From an uncultured Candidatus Saccharibacteria bacterium (GTDB lineage Bacteria > Patescibacteriota > Minisyncoccia > Phycocordibacterales > UBA12088): 64,000 nucleotides of DNA. The notes below the pieces were generated by a model that was given only the letters and a program-made list of their open reading frames with translations, had not been told where the DNA came from and ran no database searches. Location of the stretch: the NCBI GenBank assembly GCA_964409035.1, contig CAYPBQ010000002.1, positions 11,192 through 75,191 on the forward strand, read 5' to 3'. Position 1 is the first letter of the stretch. Every line of letters begins with the position of its first letter. A program made the position numbers and the translations under genes. This document shows positions 59,423-64,000 of the stretch, in pieces.

Positions 59423-60014
59423 TTGCGAATTTTATCTTTGAGATTATTTCTTGGTGAACTTCTTCAACAGAATTATCTCCATGAATCCTTATGAGGCGGT
59501 AGTCATCTCGCCAATCATAGTAGTCAATAATAGGGAGCACCCTTCCTCTATACCACGCCAACCGCTCTTTAATACCCTCAGGTGTATCGTCATGGCGACC
59601 ACGAGCAAGTAATCTTTCGTATGCGGTGTCATCGTCAATATCTAGGAAGATAACAATCGCAGGTAATCTATCATAAAACTTTAGCGCGGTGTGGAGTATT
59701 TGTGCCTCAAACAATGAACGAGGAAAACCATCAATAAGAATATGCTCTGAGCCACCAAACTTATGGATAAAGCCCTGCGACCAAAGTGATACAGAGAGAA
59801 ACTCTGGCTGAAGTTTTCCTTCTTCCATACTTGCCTTTATCAGCTTTGCTGTGTAGCTATCCCCCTCCATCAACTCTCTAAAACCTGCCCCCGTTTCAAA
59901 TCGAAACACCGCACCATCGGTGCTTTTCTCTTTTAGGAAGGCTTCGAGTAAGTTGGCTTGCGTCCCCTTACCCGCTCCCTGCATTCCTATGAATATTATT
60001 GTTTGTGCAACCAT
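59406..60014 (-). CDS. adk: Adenylate kinase (start taken at the internal Met MVAQTIIFIG)
   Basis: GMQGAGKGTQ P-loop. LID region with RxDD. Confidence 0.9.
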   Translation of the reverse strand: MVAQTIIFIGMQGAGKGTQANLLEAFLKEKSTDGAVFRFETGAGFRELMEGDSYTAKLIKASMEEGKLQPEFLSVSLWSQGFIHKFGGSEHILIDGFPRSLFEAQILHTALKFYDRLPAIVIFLDIDDDTAYERLLARGRHDDTPEGIKERLAWYRGRVLPIIDYYDWRDDYRLIRIHGDNSVEEVHQEIISKIKFANGNFS

Positions 60015-60077
60015 ACGCTTACAATAACAAAAAAAGTGGCTTAATGAAACTGCAAAAGTATGGTTTGATGGTGAGGT

Positions 60078-60644
60078 ATGAAGAAACAAATAATTACCAT
60101 TGCTGGAAAGCCAGGTAGCGGAAAATCAACTACCGCTGACTTGCTCGCAAAAAAATTGGGTTTTGATAGATACTCCTCGGGTGATTTTATGCGAACTATC
60201 GCCAGCAATCACCACATGACCCTTGCGGAGCTTGGAGAATACGCAAGGACCCACCCAGAGATTGACCTTGAGATTGATGCTGAAAATATAAAGGCAGGTA
60301 CAAAAGACAAGATAGTGATTGACGCGCGTCTTGCCTTTCATTTTATTCCTGAATCATACAAAGTGTACCTTGATCTTGACCTCGCGCAGTCTGCAGCTCG
60401 CATTTACAATAATCAAACAGAAGCACGGATACAAAGCGGTGAGACACCAAACACACAAGAGGAGCTTGAGGCGTTACTCAAAGCACGTCTAGAGAGCGAG
60501 CGCGAACGGTACAGTACGCTCTATGGCATAAATCACCTCGATTTATCTAACTATGACTTGGTAATAAATACTGAAAAACTATCCCCTGAAGAGATAGTTG
60601 GACAGATTATGGCTGGCTATAATGCCTTTATAGAAAGCAAATAA
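60078..60644 (+). CDS. cmk: Cytidylate kinase, archaeal/short type
   Basis: IAGKPGSGKST P-loop, LGFDRYSSGDFMR. About 188 aa, like the Cytidylate_kin2 family. Confidence 0.7.
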   Translation: MKKQIITIAGKPGSGKSTTADLLAKKLGFDRYSSGDFMRTIASNHHMTLAELGEYARTHPEIDLEIDAENIKAGTKDKIVIDARLAFHFIPESYKVYLDLDLAQSAARIYNNQTEARIQSGETPNTQEELEALLKARLESERERYSTLYGINHLDLSNYDLVINTEKLSPEEIVGQIMAGYNAFIESK

Positions 60645-60648
60645 CCTT

Positions 60649-61932
60649 CTAGTACTCTCTTATTGAAAGCTGCGCCTCTACTTTTCTGATGAGGTCAAGC
60701 ACTACAGAAACAGCAATGAGTAGAGAGGTTCCACCAATCGCAAAGGCGGTGATGCCTGTTGCCGCTTGCATCGCAAGAGGAAGCACTGCGATAAGTCCAA
60801 GGAATAGCGCGCTCACGAGTGTAAGACGAGTAAGAATATCTCCAATATATTCTGAAGTACTTACCCCTGGGCGAACACCAGGAACAAATGCTCCTGACTT
60901 CTGAAGATTCTTTGCGATTTGGTCGGGATCAAAGGTAACAGCGGTATAGAAGTAGGTAAAGATAAAGACAAGCACAAAGTAAATACCTGCGTATACCCAC
61001 TGATTAGCCAAAAACTCAGTTACCGCAGTACCTACGTTATTTATCCATGTAATACCAACGCTTTGAGCAAAATTAAAGAGCATCTGTGGAAGTAGCAACA
61101 TTGAGAGCGCAAAGATGATAGGAATTACTCCCGCCTGATTGAGGCGAATAGGGAGATAGGTTGATACCCCACCAGAAATTTGTCCTGATCGTGCCTGCTT
61201 TGCGTAGGTGATAGGAATTGGTCGCTCAGCCTCAGTGATAACCACCACCGCGTAGGTGATAATTATTGCCGCAAGGGAGAAGCCGAGATAGAGCGGCAAT
61301 TGTGATACATCAAATGAGAATAGTAGTTGATTAACGGTAGTAGGGAGACTTGCCACAATACCAGCAAATATAAGAAGTGATACGCCATTACCTATACCAA
61401 ATTCTGTAATAAGCTCTCCAAGCCACATAAGTAGAAGTGAGCCGGCAGATATAACTAGTACGTTTACAATAAATGTAAGGATGTCGGCATTAGCAACGAT
61501 ACCCTGCCTAGTAAGAAGTACGAGGAAACCAAATCCCTGAGTAAGCGCAAGCGGTACCGCAAGCCACCTCGAGTACATGGCAAACTTTTTTCTTCCTATT
61601 TCTCCTTCCTCACTATATAGCGCCTTAAGTTTTGGCGACATGATAGTAAGCAACTGCATAATGATCGACGCAGTAATATAAGGCGAAAGACCGAGCATTA
61701 CTATAGAAAGATTTGCAAGTCCTCCTCCTGAAAATATGTTGAGCAATCCAAGAAATTGGTTGTTATTGAAAAACTCTTCGAGCGCCACTACGTCAATGCC
61801 AGGTATTGGAATAACTGCAAGCGCTCGAAATACAAGCAACATACCAAGCACAAACAATAACCTGTTCCGAATGGAAGGATCCTGTACTGCGAGTTTTAGC
61901 TTGTGTAGAAACGTTTTTATCATAGAAGCCAT
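60649..61932 (-). CDS. secY: Preprotein translocase subunit SecY
   Basis: Ten TM helices. Conserved GIMP-like region (LGLSPYITASIIMQLL). Confidence 0.95.
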   Translation of the reverse strand: MASMIKTFLHKLKLAVQDPSIRNRLLFVLGMLLVFRALAVIPIPGIDVVALEEFFNNNQFLGLLNIFSGGGLANLSIVMLGLSPYITASIIMQLLTIMSPKLKALYSEEGEIGRKKFAMYSRWLAVPLALTQGFGFLVLLTRQGIVANADILTFIVNVLVISAGSLLLMWLGELITEFGIGNGVSLLIFAGIVASLPTTVNQLLFSFDVSQLPLYLGFSLAAIIITYAVVVITEAERPIPITYAKQARSGQISGGVSTYLPIRLNQAGVIPIIFALSMLLLPQMLFNFAQSVGITWINNVGTAVTEFLANQWVYAGIYFVLVFIFTYFYTAVTFDPDQIAKNLQKSGAFVPGVRPGVSTSEYIGDILTRLTLVSALFLGLIAVLPLAMQAATGITAFAIGGTSLLIAVSVVLDLIRKVEAQLSIREY

Positions 61933-61934
61933 TC

Positions 61935-62387
61935 TTATGAGAGAATGGTGCCCCCAACCTTTGTAATTGCCTCCTTAGCAGTTGCTGAAACCGCACAGTT
62001 AGCAATCTGTAGCTTCTTAGTGAGTGTACCACGTCCAAGAATCTTTATAAGTGGGAGCTTCCCTTTAGTCCTTGGTACCATACCCTTTTTAAGGAGAGAA
62101 AGTGGAGACACAGAATCACCTGCAGCAAAGTTCTTTTCTAGAGTATCAAGGTTGATCGCGATAGCGCGCTTTACTTCATTGTTTACTCCCTTAGCGCGAT
62201 TTACTCCATGACCACGAAGCTTTGGCAGCTTTTTGATCATGTCACGAATCTCAGGACGAATACGTGACCCAGCGCGCGCAGTCTGACCCTTACCTCCCTT
62301 GCCAGATGTTTTTCCACGCTTTCCACCGCGACCCACTCGGCGAGCCTTCTTGTTTTCGTTTATTCTTGAAAGGTTATGTAGCTGCAT
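61935..62387 (-). CDS. rplO: 50S ribosomal protein L15
   Basis: Gly/Arg/Lys-rich N-terminus (RRVGRGGKRGKTSGKGGKG). Position before secY. Confidence 0.9.
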   Translation of the reverse strand: MQLHNLSRINENKKARRVGRGGKRGKTSGKGGKGQTARAGSRIRPEIRDMIKKLPKLRGHGVNRAKGVNNEVKRAIAINLDTLEKNFAAGDSVSPLSLLKKGMVPRTKGKLPLIKILGRGTLTKKLQIANCAVSATAKEAITKVGGTILS

Positions 62388-62389
62388 AC

Positions 62390-62983
62390 TTATTTTGTTT
62401 TAAGCGCTTGAAGTGCCTCTATTGCTGCAACTGCGTTGTTGAGCTTGTTTTTACTGCGTGAAAGAATTTTTGAGGTGACATCAGTAACACCCGCAAACTC
62501 AAGCACGGTGCGCACTGAGCTACCTGCCACTAGTCCGCGTCCTGGTGCTGGTCTAAGTTCGATAACTGATGATGCGTACTTTGATCCAACAGGATGAGGA
62601 ATTGACTTTGATTCTGTCATTGCAACAGTAATCATATTTCTCTTGCACTCTCGTAGTGCCTTCTCAATTGCAAGTGCAGTATCGCTTGCCTTTCCTGTAC
62701 CTACACCAACTCTTCCATTTCTATCTCCCGCCACCATTGCAACAGAAAAACTAAATCGTCTTCCTCCTCCCATCACGCGAGTTACGCGTCGTATGCTGAT
62801 GAGCTTTTGATCAAATTCAGGACGAACCCTCTCTCTGGTACCACGACGTGGTCGCTTTGGCATGCGTCTGTTTCTAGGGCGATCACCTTGTGGAGCGCTC
62901 TTAGGAGCGCCTGCATCCACAACAGGAGGTGTCTGCGCTACGCCTTCGTTAGTACCAGTGATTGTTTTCGTTTCTTCTGTCAT
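62390..62983 (-). CDS. rpsE: 30S ribosomal protein S5 (with N-terminal basic extension)
   Basis: dsRBD-like IRRVTRVMGGGRRFSFSV, and S5 C-terminal domain. Confidence 0.9.
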   Translation of the reverse strand: MTEETKTITGTNEGVAQTPPVVDAGAPKSAPQGDRPRNRRMPKRPRRGTRERVRPEFDQKLISIRRVTRVMGGGRRFSFSVAMVAGDRNGRVGVGTGKASDTALAIEKALRECKRNMITVAMTESKSIPHPVGSKYASSVIELRPAPGRGLVAGSSVRTVLEFAGVTDVTSKILSRSKNKLNNAVAAIEALQALKTK

Positions 62984-62995
62984 AAGGTGTAGTGA

Positions 62996-63343
62996 TTAAA
63001 AATTGAGTCCTCCCTTTCTTGCGCCTTCAGCAAGCGCCTTTACCGCGCCGGTGTATATGTAACCACCTCTATCAAAAACTACCGCAGTAACACCTGCTGC
63101 CTTTGCGTGCTTTGCTACTTCTTCACCAACCACGCTTGCGCTCTCTAGTTTTGGAGTAGTCATTTTAAGTGAAGATGCAGCAGCAAGGGTCATTCCCTTA
63201 GTATCATCAATTATCTGCGCATAGATATATCCATTTGACTTGTATACAGAAAGTCGAGGACGCTCAGCAGAACCAACAACCTTAGACCTGATTCGTCCTT
63301 GGCGTCTCTTTCGTGTTGCTGCTTTGTGAATGGTTTTTTTCAT
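62996..63343 (-). CDS. rplR: 50S ribosomal protein L18
   Basis: [18 protein letters not shown]. Confidence 0.9.
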   Translation of the reverse strand: MKKTIHKAATRKRRQGRIRSKVVGSAERPRLSVYKSNGYIYAQIIDDTKGMTLAAASSLKMTTPKLESASVVGEEVAKHAKAAGVTAVVFDRGGYIYTGAVKALAEGARKGGLNF

Positions 63344-63346
63344 ATA

Positions 63347-63880
63347 CTATACATTCTTCTTACCCTCTTTCATGCGAACATACTCGCCCGAGTAACGAAT
63401 ACCCTTTCCCTTGTATGGTTCAGGCTTCTTTGTAGCACGAATGTTTGCTGCAAATTGTCCAAGCGCGTCTTTGTCTGCTCCCGTTATGGTAATAACGTTC
63501 TTTTCAATGGTGACATTTAGACCCTTTGGTATATCAAAAATAACTGGGTGAGAAAATCCTAGTGCAAACTTGATAGTGTTACCTACGAGCTCTGCCTTAT
63601 ATCCCACTCCCTGGACTTCAAGCTTCTTTTCAAATCCCTTAGTAACTCCTTCAATAAGATTTGCAATATGTGCCATAGTGGTGCCCCACATAGCTTTTGC
63701 AAAAAGATTGTTAACCGTTGGCTTTGCGCTTACAACATTATTTTCTACACTCACTGCTATCTCGCTTCGAATAGGCTTTGTGAGCTCTCCCTTAGGACCC
63801 GAAACAACTACAGCCCCCTCCTTGAGGGTTATGGTGACACCTTGTGGTATCTGCAATTCTTGTTTACCGACTCTGCTCAT
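63347..63880 (-). CDS. rplF: 50S ribosomal protein L6
   Basis: MSRVGKQELQIPQGVTI. Two L6 repeats. Confidence 0.9.
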   Translation of the reverse strand: MSRVGKQELQIPQGVTITLKEGAVVVSGPKGELTKPIRSEIAVSVENNVVSAKPTVNNLFAKAMWGTTMAHIANLIEGVTKGFEKKLEVQGVGYKAELVGNTIKFALGFSHPVIFDIPKGLNVTIEKNVITITGADKDALGQFAANIRATKKPEPYKGKGIRYSGEYVRMKEGKKNV

Positions 63881-63887
63881 ATTTGTA

Positions 63888-64000
63888 TTACCAGACTGTA
63901 AAGAGAGCTTCCCCTCCGATATTGCGCTTTCGCGCTTGAGTATCAGAGAGTATTCCCTCTGGGGTTGATAGTATCATCGCACCAAATCCTTCCTTAACTC
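63888..64000 (-). CDS. rpsH: 30S ribosomal protein S8 (3' end only; gene continues beyond the window)
   Basis: The reverse-strand frame ends ..RNIGGEALFTVW*, the canonical S8 C-terminus, directly upstream of rplF. Confidence 0.7.
   Translation of the reverse strand, partial: VKEGFGAMILSTPEGILSDTQARKRNIGGEALFTVW

Noticed and set aside
63570-63968. 132-aa plus-strand ORF spanning rplF/rpsH
   Set aside because: It is antisense to the ribosomal protein genes L6 and S8, whose reverse-strand translations are canonical.

Overview
This is a gene-dense, low-to-moderate GC bacterial chromosome segment read as standard code 11; UGA is a stop codon and RF2 is present. I recognise the following, in window order.

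- **1-3306:** the tail of a phage-derived module: a terminase large subunit (5'-truncated by the window edge), a DUF4352 lipoprotein and a large serine recombinase.
- **About 5.0-14.2 kb:** a copper-homeostasis and thiol-disulfide island (CopA, CsoR, HMA-DsbD-like fusion, cupredoxin, DUF305, two DsbA, two DsbB, several uncharacterised Cys-motif membrane proteins).
- **Housekeeping genes:** pyrG, ftsEX, prfB, gatCA, ligA, recG, ftsH, infC-rpmI-rplT, ndk, map, adk, cmk, secY and the rplO-rpsE-rplR-rplF-rpsH ribosomal block.
- **RNA genes:** eight tRNA or tRNA-like genes. Two of them (tRNA-Asp and tRNA-Met) are followed by direct repeats of their own 3' ends, which look like integration scars.
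- **27.4-41.0 kb:** a complete type IV pilus / competence locus (pilM-N-O, pilB, response regulator, pilT, pilC, two pilA, pilD, several pseudopilins including a 533-aa Cys-rich one), followed by comFC.
- **42.0-47.1 kb:** a defence island. It holds an MboI/DpnII-family GATC restriction-modification cassette (C-protein, Dam-like M1, R, second M). Co-directional with it and overlapping its last gene is a 766-aa AAA_13 ABC-type ATPase with a coiled-coil CxxC zinc hook. This ATPase is an RloC-like candidate anticodon nuclease with an uncharacterised C-terminal domain, and it is the most interesting candidate for a little-described system in the window.
- **Other oddities:** a predicted tRNA-Ile(UAU) beside a GC-rich lipoprotein islet, a cupredoxin paralog that has lost its copper ligands, and an atypical tRNA-like (CAT) element next to an orphan ORF.

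CDS coordinates come from the supplied ORF track. RNA and repeat coordinates were derived by hand and may be off by 1-2 nt.
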